Shown here: one piece after another, positions 41,016 to 50,066 of the stretch
How positions within the stretch are numbered: the stretch's first letter is position 1
Layout of the letters: every line of letters starts with the position of its first letter
Origin: Candidatus Pacearchaeota archaeon
GTDB taxonomy: Archaea > Nanobdellota > Nanobdellia > Pacearchaeales > GW2011-AR1
NCBI GenBank assembly: GCA_016866975.1
Contig: VGKP01000001.1
Span: forward strand, 34,013-98,012
Direction: 5' to 3'
DNA: 64,000 nucleotides
Notes under the pieces: generated by a model
The model's database searches: none
Seen by the model: the letters and a program-made list of their open reading frames with translations, nothing else
What the model was told of the DNA's origin: nothing
Translations under genes and position numbers: made by a program

Positions 41016-42608
41016 ATGAGCGAGAAGCAGCCTGTATATGTCCTACCTGAACATGTTTCTAGAACTCTCGGCAAAGATGCACAACGCAACAATATTCTTG
41101 CTGCAAAGATCATTGCAGATATTGTGAAGACCACTTTGGGACCAAAGGGAATGGATAAGATGCTTGTTGATGCAGCAGGAGATGTGATTGTCACAAACGA
41201 TGGAGTAACTATATTGGAAGAGATGGAAATAGACCATCCTGCTGCAAAAATGCTTGTTGAGATAGCCAAGACACAGGAACATGAAGTAGGAGACGGAACT
41301 ACTACTGCTGCTTTACTCGCAGGCAAATTGCTGGAGCATGCTGAAAAACTTCTAGATAGAAAGATACATCCAACTGTGATTGTAAAAGGTTACAGGAAGG
41401 CTGCAGAAAAATCACATCAACTTCTGCAAGAGCTTGCTTTGCCTGTGAGGGATGCAATCATTTTAAGGCAGATTGCTATGACTGCCATGACTGGAAAGGG
41501 TGCTGAAGGACATAAAGAAAAGCTCGCAGACCTTATTGTGAAAGCTGCTGAACAAGTAGCGGCCGGAAGAGAGATATCTTTGAATGATATAAAGGTGCAG
41601 AAGTTGAAAGGACAGGACGTTCAGGAAAGCGAGATAGTGCAAGGACTTGTTTTGGAGAGGGAGAGATCAAATAGTGCGATGCCCTCAATTGTCAAAGATG
41701 CGAAGGTTCTCCTTGTTGACTTTTCTCTTGAAATTAAGAGTCCTGAAAGCGAGGCTAAGATCGCTGTGTCTACCCCTGAGCAGCTAGATAGTTTCCTTGC
41801 ATCTGAGGAAAGATATCTTAAGATGATGACTGACAAGATACTCTCGACCGGGGCAAACGCAGTATTCTGCCAAAAAGGAATAGATGATGTTGCACAATAC
41901 TATCTTGCGCAGGCAGGTGTATTTGCATGCCGAAGAGTGTCAAAATCAGACATGGAGTTTCTTTCCAGGGCTACTGGAGCAAAAATATTATCAAACTTGC
42001 ATGATGTGCATGCCTCTGCCCTTGGAGATGCTAAAGAAGTTGAGGAAAAGACGAATGGTGATGATCATTTTATATATTTTAGAGGGTGCCAGAATCAAAG
42101 AGTAGCTACATTGATATTAAGAGGCCAGACTGTGCATGTTGTCGATGAGATAGAGAGGGCAGTAAAGGATGGCCTTGGAGATGTCATCTCTACTGTAAAG
42201 AGCGGAAAAATCGTGCCAGGAGGAGGAGCGATAGAGATTGAGTTGGCCAGAAGATTAAGAGTCTATGCAAAAAGCATGGGTGGAAGAGAACAGCTGGCAA
42301 TAGAAGAGTTTGCGCACGCACTAGAGAGCATACCTGAATCCCTTGCTGAGAATGCTGGCCTTGACCCTCTTGATATTTTGACCGAGTTAAGAAAGAGACA
42401 TGAAGCTGGAATGCAAGGGCATGGGTTGAATCTTTTTACTGATACTATTGAAGATACTCTAAACGCGGGAATTGTAGAGCCCCTAAAAGTCAAGACACAG
42501 GCAATAAGCTCTGCATCTGAGGTCGCAATGATGATATTGCGTATTGATGATGTCCTTGTGAGCAAGAGAGGCGCGCAACAGATGCCAAGATATGAAGGCA
42601 TGGATTAA
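41016..42608 (+). CDS. ths: Thermosome subunit (group II chaperonin)
   Basis: The 530 aa protein has group II chaperonin motifs ([21 protein letters not shown]). Confidence 0.9.
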   Translation: MSEKQPVYVLPEHVSRTLGKDAQRNNILAAKIIADIVKTTLGPKGMDKMLVDAAGDVIVTNDGVTILEEMEIDHPAAKMLVEIAKTQEHEVGDGTTTAALLAGKLLEHAEKLLDRKIHPTVIVKGYRKAAEKSHQLLQELALPVRDAIILRQIAMTAMTGKGAEGHKEKLADLIVKAAEQVAAGREISLNDIKVQKLKGQDVQESEIVQGLVLERERSNSAMPSIVKDAKVLLVDFSLEIKSPESEAKIAVSTPEQLDSFLASEERYLKMMTDKILSTGANAVFCQKGIDDVAQYYLAQAGVFACRRVSKSDMEFLSRATGAKILSNLHDVHASALGDAKEVEEKTNGDDHFIYFRGCQNQRVATLILRGQTVHVVDEIERAVKDGLGDVISTVKSGKIVPGGGAIEIELARRLRVYAKSMGGREQLAIEEFAHALESIPESLAENAGLDPLDILTELRKRHEAGMQGHGLNLFTDTIEDTLNAGIVEPLKVKTQAISSASEVAMMILRIDDVLVSKRGAQQMPRYEGMD

Positions 42609-42623
42609 CGCTCGTAGAAATCC

Positions 42624-42664
42624 TCTACCTTTAGGTAGAGGTTAAAACCCGAAGGGTTTTGTGG
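42624..42664 (+). terminator. Tandem hairpins just 3' of the thermosome gene, shared with the motif at 57794..57830
   Basis: ctctacc-ttta-ggtagag is followed by aaaaccc-gaa-gggtttt. Confidence 0.4.
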
Positions 42665-42785
42665 TGATCAAATGTACTTTGTGCCATAATGCCCTAAACC
42701 TCGAGGATGTGAATCCTTGAATGCCATCAATAATGGAATATTATTAAAGTGCTTGAGTTTTATTCAAGTAACTTGACATGATAAA

Positions 42786-43100
42786 ATGAAAAATGAGAAT
42801 AGAGATAAAAGGATGAATGAGACTAGAGCTCTTACACCTGAACAACTGAGCTTGCTTGAAAGAAATTTATTTGGAATTGGCGCAGCCATTGGATTTGTAA
42901 ATGGTGCTTTTCTTGGAAATTTTGATGTTTCTTTAGAAGCATATTTTATAACGGCCATTCCAATATTTACTCCTGCATATATTATAGCTTATCAATTAAC
43001 ATTTAAAGATAAAAAGAATTCATTTAGAATAGGAAGTTGTGCGTGTGGAGGATATTTGGTAGGTGAGGCTTTAGAGATGTTAGTTAGGAATTATCTCTAA
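42786..43100 (+). CDS. Hypothetical protein
   Basis: The 104 aa ORF has a hydrophobic core. Confidence 0.3.
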   Translation: MKNENRDKRMNETRALTPEQLSLLERNLFGIGAAIGFVNGAFLGNFDVSLEAYFITAIPIFTPAYIIAYQLTFKDKKNSFRIGSCACGGYLVGEALEMLVRNYL

Positions 43101-43103
43101 AAA

Positions 43104-43919
43104 TTAATGCTGTTTTTTCCTTCGCGCTTTCTTTTTCAATATCCGGCCCAGATTATAATGTGCTTTCTTTACCGCTACTTTTTTTCTCTTTCTAATATGA
43201 CTTGATATTGGATTGTATATTCTTTCATTTTCTGGTAATGTGGGGGATATTCTAGGATGTTTTATTAATACCGGAAAAATTTGTTCTGGAGTGAATATTC
43301 CTTCTCCTTTTAAGATATCCAATACAGTCTCTTCACTTAAATTATGATTCCCTCCTCTGTACTCCCTATATAATTCTGATCGAGATTTTTGAACAACTGA
43401 TACTCCATAGAATCCGGTTGTGTCAGCTTCATTTATATTTCCACAATAAAGAATTAGTTTGGGAGAAGTTTCGGGATTACCGAAATGATAATCTACAAAT
43501 TTTCTATATTCGCTGAAATTTCTGAAATGTTCATCTAAAAATTCTGTAATTTCTTTATTTTCTCTTCCTGTGCATTTAATAATTTGTTTAAAATCTCTAA
43601 AATTTTTAAGTTGGAGATGAATATGACGTTCGTCTTTTGAATGGCAGTAACCTAGCTGACCTTGAATAAGCCTTATAAAATCGTCCCCGCATATTCCTTC
43701 GTAAAAATGATTATCGCTGATTATCGCTGAATATCTTTTTCCTAATTGTATTATATCTTTGAGATGTTCCATTGCCTCCACTGGACTCTCTGTATACTGA
43801 GTAAATTCTCCTGATTCTGGGAAAGCTAAATTGGCTGCTCTTTCTATAACTTCTTCTAGGTCTGAGATGTTTTCATACTCATTATCTACCATCAATATTG
43901 GGTCAAATTTATCATCCAT
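43104..43919 (-). CDS. Hypothetical protein with a basic C-terminal tail. It contains a 10-bp tandem duplication.
   Basis: The 271 aa ORF carries gattatcgct twice in tandem at 43709..43728. Confidence 0.35.
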   Translation of the reverse strand: MDDKFDPILMVDNEYENISDLEEVIERAANLAFPESGEFTQYTESPVEAMEHLKDIIQLGKRYSAIISDNHFYEGICGDDFIRLIQGQLGYCHSKDERHIHLQLKNFRDFKQIIKCTGRENKEITEFLDEHFRNFSEYRKFVDYHFGNPETSPKLILYCGNINEADTTGFYGVSVVQKSRSELYREYRGGNHNLSEETVLDILKGEGIFTPEQIFPVLIKHPRISPTLPENERIYNPISSHIRKRKKVAVKKAHYNLGRILKKKARRKKQH

Positions 43920-44100
43920 GTATTTATTGATTTAAAAAGGAGGTTTTTAAGTCTTTCTTAAAAGAAATATAGAAATACTATGTTTGTAATTTTCTCTCCC
44001 AGATTTTCTCTTAATCCTGAACAAAATTCTCTGTTCGGGAGAGTAGTATTTAGAAAAGGATAAGGAAAAGATTATAAACCTACTCCTGAAGAAATTTTGT

Positions 44101-44622
44101 ATGGAATTTAATAAAATTTCCTTGAAAAAATGTCTTGACTTAGTTGAAGCCTCACGCAAAATGGTATTTGACAAACGTATTCCTCCTATTGAGAAGTGCG
44201 ATTCTCCTCTTTCAAGAAACAGATTAGTCTTAAAAGGAGTCCTCTCCGCAGGAGCGCGAAATGGATGTTTCAATTCCGGGCAATATAACTTTATTAAAAA
44301 TGCTTTGCCGTATTATCAACGTATTGTTGATGCAAACAAGCAGATTGATGAAACTCCATTCTTGAGAGAATCTGGAGTTTCTTTGGTATCTGATGCCCTT
44401 ACTATATCAGAAAATATCTGCTATAAAAGTTCTCCGCGAGACCGCTTGCTGTTCCTTCTCAGAAAGCGACAGGAAACACTTGCCCAGAATGATGTTTATT
44501 TTGAGCAATTTTACTTCCATCCTGTAGAAAAAGTAATAAGAAGAATTGAATCTGAATATGACTCTTGTGTGCAACTTCGCCATGAACTTAATTCCTGGAG
44601 AGAACGCCTGCCCTGTTCTTAA
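44101..44622 (+). CDS. Hypothetical protein
   Basis: The 173 aa ORF ends immediately before the first repeat of the tRNA 3' end. Confidence 0.3.
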   Translation: MEFNKISLKKCLDLVEASRKMVFDKRIPPIEKCDSPLSRNRLVLKGVLSAGARNGCFNSGQYNFIKNALPYYQRIVDANKQIDETPFLRESGVSLVSDALTISENICYKSSPRDRLLFLLRKRQETLAQNDVYFEQFYFHPVEKVIRRIESEYDSCVQLRHELNSWRERLPCS

Positions 44623-44623
44623 A

Positions 44624-44876
44624 TGCGCCCGCCGGCTGAAAGAATTTTCCTGCGAAATTCTTAGTGCCGTCTGTCGCACTTGTTTTCATTTCATTCAACA
44701 AGAAATGCGCCCGCCGGTGCTCGCAGACAAAGTCCGCGGCAACTTTGATGCTTACGCATTCAAAGTGAATTCTTCCCGGCAATGTGCGACAACATGCGCC
44801 CGCCGGCTGAAAGAATTTTCCTGCGAAATTCTTAGTGCCGTCTGTCGCACTTGTTTTCATTTCATTCAACAAGAAA
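44624..44876. repeat. Direct-repeat array downstream of tRNA-Gly: three extra copies of the tRNA 3' terminal 12-mer (tgcgcccgccgg) separated by a duplicated 69-bp unit and a 78-bp unit
   Basis: The 12-mer occurs at 44624, 44705, 44795 and 44877, the last inside the tRNA. The unit 44624..44704 is identical to 44795..44875. Confidence 0.75.
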
Positions 44877-44947
44877 TGCGCCCGCCGGGAATCGAACCCG
44901 AATTTACTGATTGGCAACCAGTCGTTCTACCACTAAACTACGAGCGC
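44877..44947 (-). tRNA. tRNA-Gly (GCC)
   Basis: Acceptor gcgctcg/cgggcgc, anticodon loop ttGCCaa, T-arm tcggg-ttcgatt-cccgg. Confidence 0.8.
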
Positions 44948-45026
44948 TTGATTGTTGAAGAAAAAAGGGTTATTTAAAAGTTCACATGGAATAAGAATCA
45001 GCCTAATTTTAGCCACCTCTTCCGAT

Positions 45027-45374
45027 TCATTGTTTCGTATTGGCCTTGCAAAAGATAAGAGGGATATCGTCACATTTATCGGCAATGTGGTCAAGAGATT
45101 TGCCTTGAGACGTCTCCTTCCGCGTCATTGCATTGTGAAGTCTGCCTCTTACGAATATTACCTTATATATCCCCTTATTTCTCTGGAAATATCCTCTTTC
45201 CCCATAGAGATAATCATCGAGAGTAGTTCCGCCATCTACAATCCCTCTTAACGCCTTATCATGTATAGATTTTATTAGAATTTCTGCCCCAGATTCAGGT
45301 AAGGCAAGCATTGTCTTTTTCGTATGACCTTCATCACCAGGATTATAAACGCTTATCTGATCAATAAAACTCAT
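45027..45374 (-). CDS. Hypothetical protein
   Basis: The 115 aa ORF shows no recognisable motifs. Confidence 0.3.
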   Translation of the reverse strand: MSFIDQISVYNPGDEGHTKKTMLALPESGAEILIKSIHDKALRGIVDGGTTLDDYLYGERGYFQRNKGIYKVIFVRGRLHNAMTRKETSQGKSLDHIADKCDDIPLIFCKANTKQ

Positions 45375-45448
45375 TATGATAAAATAATTAGATGTTATTT
45401 AAAGATTGTTATGATTAGATTTATTAATTTACTGAATATCTTATAATT

Positions 45449-45688
45449 ATGAAAAAGAAGTATATGAAAATACCTAAAGTTGTTTTCATCTCGTGTTCTA
45501 ACTGTGGAAAAAGATGTAAAAGGAGAGTACCTGAAGACTTTAGCCCTGGATTTTTCGATTGTGATAATTGCAGCAATAGGATGAATACTCCTGTTTCGTC
45601 ATGTTGTATAATATGTGCGTATACTGGAAAGAAATGCGCCCCTACTCTGATAATGGAAGCAAAGATAAAAGGATTAGAGATAAGATAA
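45449..45688 (+). CDS. Zinc-ribbon protein
   Basis: Motifs CSNCGKRC..CDNCSNR..CCIICAYTGKKC are present. Confidence 0.4.
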   Translation: MKKKYMKIPKVVFISCSNCGKRCKRRVPEDFSPGFFDCDNCSNRMNTPVSSCCIICAYTGKKCAPTLIMEAKIKGLEIR

Positions 45689-45820
45689 CTTCAATAGAAA
45701 ACATATGGCTTTAGGAAATAAAACTTGCAGATAGATTTAAACTTTCATATTAACTTTATTTGTCTTAACAATACATCTGTATCTATAGGTTTAAATAGGA
45801 TTTTTATTTGTTTTTGCTAA

Positions 45821-45891
45821 GGCCCATTAGGCTAATGGTAGACCGGGTCGTTTACACCGACCATGCCGAAGTTCGATTCTTCGATGGGCCA
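45821..45891 (+). tRNA. tRNA-Val (TAC)
   Basis: Acceptor ggcccat/atgggcc, anticodon stem ggtcg/cgacc, loop ttTACac, T-arm cgaag-ttcgatt-cttcg. Confidence 0.7.
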
Positions 45892-46170
45892 TTTATATTT
45901 ATTGAATCAAACTAAAAGAGCCGGGAGATAAGGAAGATAGTTTTGGAGGTATACCTTAAGGGTATTGTAAGTTTTCTGTGCTGAGGGAGAGTTTTCCAAT
46001 ATCTTTTCCAAGGGTCTTCTTATCTGTGCAGATGCCTCTCGTGAGCATTCTATCACTGAAACTATGCTGAATAAAGCGCCTGAGATTGTATAGCTCTTAA
46101 AAGAGTCGGATTCTCCCATTTTTTTACTAAATTAGGTGATTATAAATATCCTTGCATATTCAATCTAAGA

Positions 46171-46241
46171 GGCCCTATAGTCTAGTGGCAGAACGCCTCT
46201 TTCACGTGGAGGACGCCGGGGTTCGATTCCCTGTGGGGCCA
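46171..46241 (+). tRNA. tRNA-Val (CAC)
   Basis: Acceptor ggcccta/tggggcc, anticodon stem cctct/ggagg, loop ttCACgt, T-arm cgggg-ttcgatt-ccctg. Confidence 0.7.
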
Positions 46242-46265
46242 TTTAGTGAGTGTCAAAGAAGACAT

Positions 46266-47033
46266 TTAATCTAATTCGTAAGCTCCGTTCCCTTTGAAGC
46301 GTAGAAATCCTTTATCTCTGAGTATTTGAAGTTGCTGCCGTATTTTGTCTTTAATGTGGAGATTATTAGGGTGGATTCTCGCGAGTTCTCCTTCAAATCT
46401 GTAAATTTCATCAAGCTGAAAAGTTTTCTTGCTAAGTGAATGGATGACATTGAGAATATCAATTGTCCACCCTCTTTCCGAAAGAGGAGTTTTCTTCATA
46501 AAATCAACTTTTCTCCACTTTTCATTTACTTCTTTCTTTTCTAATATAGCACCATCTTTAATAATCGAGATTCTGCCTTCTTTGGGTATTTTTTCCATTA
46601 AGAGGTTGCATCCAACCCATCCTCTTCTTCGCGCATTCTCAGAGAGAGGTCTTCTCTTTTCTATAATTTCCTCAACAAAAAAGAAAGAAGGCACGATAAG
46701 CAGATTTTTGACACAATAGTCCTTAGTGTATTGGAGAAAGAGGAAATTGGGTCGCGTTCCTTCTTTAATTGACTGAATCATTGTAGAAAAGGCTCCATCT
46801 ACAATTTTCTTAGCAAGAGTGTTATTTTGGCTTTTCAGTTGGAAAGTCTCTTGACAAATTTCACAAATAAAATCTGCGACGGGAGTTCCAGCTTTCAATT
46901 TTAGAATGTGTTCGCTTAAACAAGATACACAAAAAAGATTTTTCTCGGCCCAATCTTCGCTCAGAACACGTATTCGTTGCGTGTTGCTTTTGTACTTATC
47001 AAAAACACCTTGATTATACAATTGTAATTCCAT
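46266..47033 (-). CDS. DpnI/DRP-like restriction endonuclease candidate (methyl-directed type IIM) with a C-terminal winged helix
   Basis: The 255 aa protein resembles DpnI as recalled from memory. It has an N-terminal CxxC..CxxC region, a central catalytic region and a C-terminal KIRQQLQILRDKGFL winged-helix-like segment. The assignment is not database-verified. Confidence 0.45.
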   Translation of the reverse strand: MELQLYNQGVFDKYKSNTQRIRVLSEDWAEKNLFCVSCLSEHILKLKAGTPVADFICEICQETFQLKSQNNTLAKKIVDGAFSTMIQSIKEGTRPNFLFLQYTKDYCVKNLLIVPSFFFVEEIIEKRRPLSENARRRGWVGCNLLMEKIPKEGRISIIKDGAILEKKEVNEKWRKVDFMKKTPLSERGWTIDILNVIHSLSKKTFQLDEIYRFEGELARIHPNNLHIKDKIRQQLQILRDKGFLRFKGNGAYELD

Positions 47034-47094
47034 CTTAAAGTTTTCTTAGAATATCATGGATCTATTTAAATACTCGCGAGATCACTGAAAAAAT

Positions 47095-47355
47095 ATGAAG
47101 ATTACGCAGACAATCCTGCAGAAGACATTTCGTGTTGAACATCATGGAAAAGTCTACTATGTGGATTATGTAAACTCTGATGGACAAGCATTAATTTTGT
47201 TAAATAGAGACAACTGGCAGATTTATGATGAAAATCATGAAGAATTGAACATTTACCTTTGGAAAGATTCAAATAAGAAAGAAAAGAAAAAAATAGAAAT
47301 GAACTTATGTCTCGCAGAAAAGCTTATTTCTTTTTGTATTCTAAAATTTAATTAG
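47095..47355 (+). CDS. Hypothetical protein
   Basis: The 86 aa ORF shows no recognisable motifs. Confidence 0.25.
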   Translation: MKITQTILQKTFRVEHHGKVYYVDYVNSDGQALILLNRDNWQIYDENHEELNIYLWKDSNKKEKKKIEMNLCLAEKLISFCILKFN

Positions 47356-47395
47356 TACCATCCACCAATATATCTGTAATGTTCCTCTAGAATGT

Positions 47396-47563
47396 ATGAA
47401 GGTACTCAAAGAGAGGTCACGAGTGTATAATGGGAAACCGTATTACAAGTATAAGGTGAACATTCCTGCCGAGGATCTTGAGAAAGCAGGGTTTAAGGAA
47501 GGGGATGAGTTGGAGACGGATGTGAAGAAGGGTGAGATTGTTCTAAAAAAGAAATATGATTAA
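47396..47563 (+). CDS. AbrB/MazE/SpoVT-like swapped-hairpin DNA-binding protein of 55 aa, below the ORF-track cutoff
   Basis: The translation MKVLKERSRVYNGKPYYKYKVNIPAEDLEKAGFKEGDELETDVKKGEIVLKK fits the family pattern. Confidence 0.4.
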   Translation: MKVLKERSRVYNGKPYYKYKVNIPAEDLEKAGFKEGDELETDVKKGEIVLKKKYD

Positions 47564-47771
47564 ATTTTCTATGAACGATGTTTCGAAGGCTTCTGCTATT
47601 GCTAATTTTAAAGAAGAATTAGCCTAAAATAAGTCGCTGCAAGAGCGAAAATACCCGCAGCGATTACATTTTATCTTGCATCTATCTTCTTGCATCTGAG
47701 CTCCACAGGATTCATAGACTCGATAATTGTCATCTTCTTTTTGGATGTCCAAGGAGTTAATTGTAGTCATA

Positions 47772-48290
47772 TTAAGCTAGTAAATAATTTATAAAATAAC
47801 CTGCTGCGAATGCTAGAAGTGCCGCAACTCCTCCTATTAGGAGAGTCTCCACAGAAGATTTTATGGGACTTTTCTTTGAGATTATGCCTTTTGCAGATCC
47901 AATTATTATGAGTGCTATTGCGGTAAGGATGAATGAAAGAGTAAATTGTAAAGGGATAAGTTGCGGGATGAATGCTGCCAGGACAAATGAGAGTAGAGGG
48001 ATGAATCCTATTGCGACGAATGATGCAAAAGTCGCCATGGCTGTCTTAATTGGTAGTTTTCCTTTCTTGCTTGGAGAAATGTCTTTTTGTGATTTTGTCG
48101 AAAGATAATTTGAGACTGCCATAGAGAATCCGTCTGCAAGGAGATTGGCAAAACCTAAGATGAGAATGATTGATGATGACAATGAAGCTCCAATCGCGCC
48201 TGTAACGACTGCAAATGTTGTAATTGAGCCGTCCGTGCCACCATAGACAAACTCTGGAAGGTACTTTCTTTCCTCTCTTTTCCAAGACAT
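47772..48290 (-). CDS. VIT1/CCC1-family Fe/Mn transporter
   Basis: The GGTDGSITTFAVVTG hallmark and multiple TM helices are present. Confidence 0.7.
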   Translation of the reverse strand: MSWKREERKYLPEFVYGGTDGSITTFAVVTGAIGASLSSSIILILGFANLLADGFSMAVSNYLSTKSQKDISPSKKGKLPIKTAMATFASFVAIGFIPLLSFVLAAFIPQLIPLQFTLSFILTAIALIIIGSAKGIISKKSPIKSSVETLLIGGVAALLAFAAGYFINYLLA

Positions 48291-48332
48291 AAATAAAAAA
48301 GAATGAGAGATTATATAAATGATTTGTGTGTT

Positions 48333-49298
48333 TTATTTTAGAATATCTTCGAGATTGATGCCCGCTTCCTGGGCAAGAAGGTGCATTTTTTGGGCATAGC
48401 GTGTTTCTGGACTCTTCATCAATACTTTTGCTTTTTGCGGATTGTGCAGCATCGTCTTCCATGCTTCTGCTATGTCCTCTCCTACTTTTATCGAGCCATA
48501 AGCGCTAAAGACACCTTCGCGAGGCTCATGGAAAGATGCTAAGATAGTATTATACTCTTGAATGGCGCTTGAGTATTCCTGTGACTTTCTGTTAAATGCT
48601 TCTGCACGAGTATTAAACGTATTTACTCGAGTTAGGTACTGACTGTCAGCAGGCGAATCATTTTCAAGACTCTCTCGTATTAGGAAAAGGTCTTTTTTTT
48701 CTTTCTCAAGCACTGGATACAGTGTTTCAACTTTTTTTCCTAGGGCTTTCCATCTCTCAATTTTCTCTCCGCTTCTCCATTTTGTTAAATCATTTTCCTC
48801 AGTATTATGATTGCCATAGTTAAATTTTGCAATTGCATTCCAGCGCGCTAAAAATCTTTCCCTATTTTCATTCGACAAGCTGTTTTCCCAGACATGCCCA
48901 CATTCATGAAAGAAATTTCCATTCGTTAGTCCACCATGATAAAAAATTGCAAGTCCCCCATCGAGACCGCCACGGCCACCTACATTAGAATTATTTGATT
49001 CTTCGTCTTTATTATTTATCCTGACTTCTTTAAGAGATTTTCTGATTGCTGGGGGAAGTCTGGAGATTGCTTGTTCGAGACGAGCAATTGTGACGGAATT
49101 CGTCTGATTGAGATAAATTTGAAATCCTAACTTTTCTGATTCTGGCGCCTTAAAGTACCCTCTTTGTACATATTCTTGATGTCTTGCCTCTGGAGAGCCA
49201 TAGACGACAAAATCCTCTGGATTTTCTGCTCTTGCTACACCTATGGCGAGCATCGATGTGAGCACTCCTGTTTGTATAATCTTCTTTAATCTTTTCAC
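48333..49298 (-). CDS. Secreted protein with an HExxH motif, a putative zinc metallopeptidase
   Basis: A signal peptide and the motif HECGH are present. Confidence 0.35.
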   Translation of the reverse strand: MKRLKKIIQTGVLTSMLAIGVARAENPEDFVVYGSPEARHQEYVQRGYFKAPESEKLGFQIYLNQTNSVTIARLEQAISRLPPAIRKSLKEVRINNKDEESNNSNVGGRGGLDGGLAIFYHGGLTNGNFFHECGHVWENSLSNENRERFLARWNAIAKFNYGNHNTEENDLTKWRSGEKIERWKALGKKVETLYPVLEKEKKDLFLIRESLENDSPADSQYLTRVNTFNTRAEAFNRKSQEYSSAIQEYNTILASFHEPREGVFSAYGSIKVGEDIAEAWKTMLHNPQKAKVLMKSPETRYAQKMHLLAQEAGINLEDILK

Positions 49299-49380
49299 AT
49301 TTTTATGGAGATTAAGAAGTATATAAATCTTCCTATTTGTAACTATTTTATAGTGATAACTAATAATCGAAAAAGTTATA

Positions 49381-49402
49381 TATGCGTATGTGCATACGCA
49401 TA
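49381..49402 (+). promoter_or_regulatory. Inverted-repeat operator candidate for vapBC
   Basis: It reads tatgcgtatg-tg-catacgcata: 10-bp arms with a 2-bp spacer, ending 1 nt before the vapB ATG. Confidence 0.45.
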
Positions 49403-49403
49403 C

Positions 49404-49640
49404 ATGGTTAAAGTGATTTCGTTATCTGAGGAGGCCTATAGGAGATTGAAGGCAAACAAAGGCAGCAAGAGCTTTTCTGAAGTGGTGATTGAATTTGTGC
49501 CTGAACGGAAGAAAAGAAATATTATGGAATTTGCGGGAGCATTCAAGGACAATGCAGAGGAGTGGGAACGGATTGAGAAAGAAATTTATGCAGAAAGAAA
49601 GAGGGCAAAACTGCGAGACCGATGGCAACGTATTGCTTAG
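49404..49640 (+). CDS. vapB: VapB-like antitoxin
   Basis: The 78 aa product starts MVKVISLSEEAYRRLK. It overlaps the downstream PIN gene. Confidence 0.55.
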   Translation: MVKVISLSEEAYRRLKANKGSKSFSEVVIEFVPERKKRNIMEFAGAFKDNAEEWERIEKEIYAERKRAKLRDRWQRIA

Positions 49641-50017
49641 ACACTGGTATTGTTATTGCTTTTTTAAAGCAACAACCTTCCATCTTTGAGAAGATTGCTT
49701 CCCTCAGTGAGACGAACTCTATGTACATTACTTCCATTGTTCTGTGCGAACTTTATAAGGGTGTTTATCGCTCTTCAAATCTTGCGTATGAACTTTCAAT
49801 CCTTGAAAAATTCATAGAAACAGTGCCTGTTTTAGATTTTAGTATAGAGGCGTGCCGTATCTTTGGAGAGGATTTTGTGAGATTGCAAAAAGAAGGGAAT
49901 ATGATTGATGATTTTGATGTTATGGTTGCCTCCATTGCGAAAGCCCATGGAGCGACAGTGGTGACGCGGAACAAAAAACATTTTATGCAAACAGGCGTCG
50001 CAGTCGAGGAATGGTAA
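49622..50017 (+). CDS. vapC: PIN-domain toxin VapC
   Basis: It has an N-terminal D in CLDTGIVI, further acidic residues and the TRNKKHF tail. Confidence 0.7.
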   Translation: MATYCLDTGIVIAFLKQQPSIFEKIASLSETNSMYITSIVLCELYKGVYRSSNLAYELSILEKFIETVPVLDFSIEACRIFGEDFVRLQKEGNMIDDFDVMVASIAKAHGATVVTRNKKHFMQTGVAVEEW

Positions 50018-50066
50018 TTTTTTCCTTGAGCATAGTTTTAAATATCCTTTTAGAGTGACATAGGGG

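Noticed and set aside
44624-44876. Possible CRISPR array, read as repeat-spacer-repeat
   Set aside because: The repeats are only 12-13 bp and equal the tRNA 3' end. Two of the three intervening units are identical, and there are no cas genes. It is better explained as integration and recombination scars.
44546-44977. ORFs 44546..44977 (+) and 44588..44917 (-) with internally repeated peptide CARRLKEFSCEILSAVCRTCFHFIQQEMRPP
   Set aside because: They span the tRNA-Gly gene and its 3'-end direct-repeat array. The repeated peptide is just the translation of the duplicated 81-bp DNA unit, so they are not protein-coding.
49305-49403. N-terminal 33 codons of the track ORF 49305..49640
   Set aside because: The translation is Cys/Tyr-rich nonsense across the palindromic operator. 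The plausible vapB start is the internal ATG at 49404.
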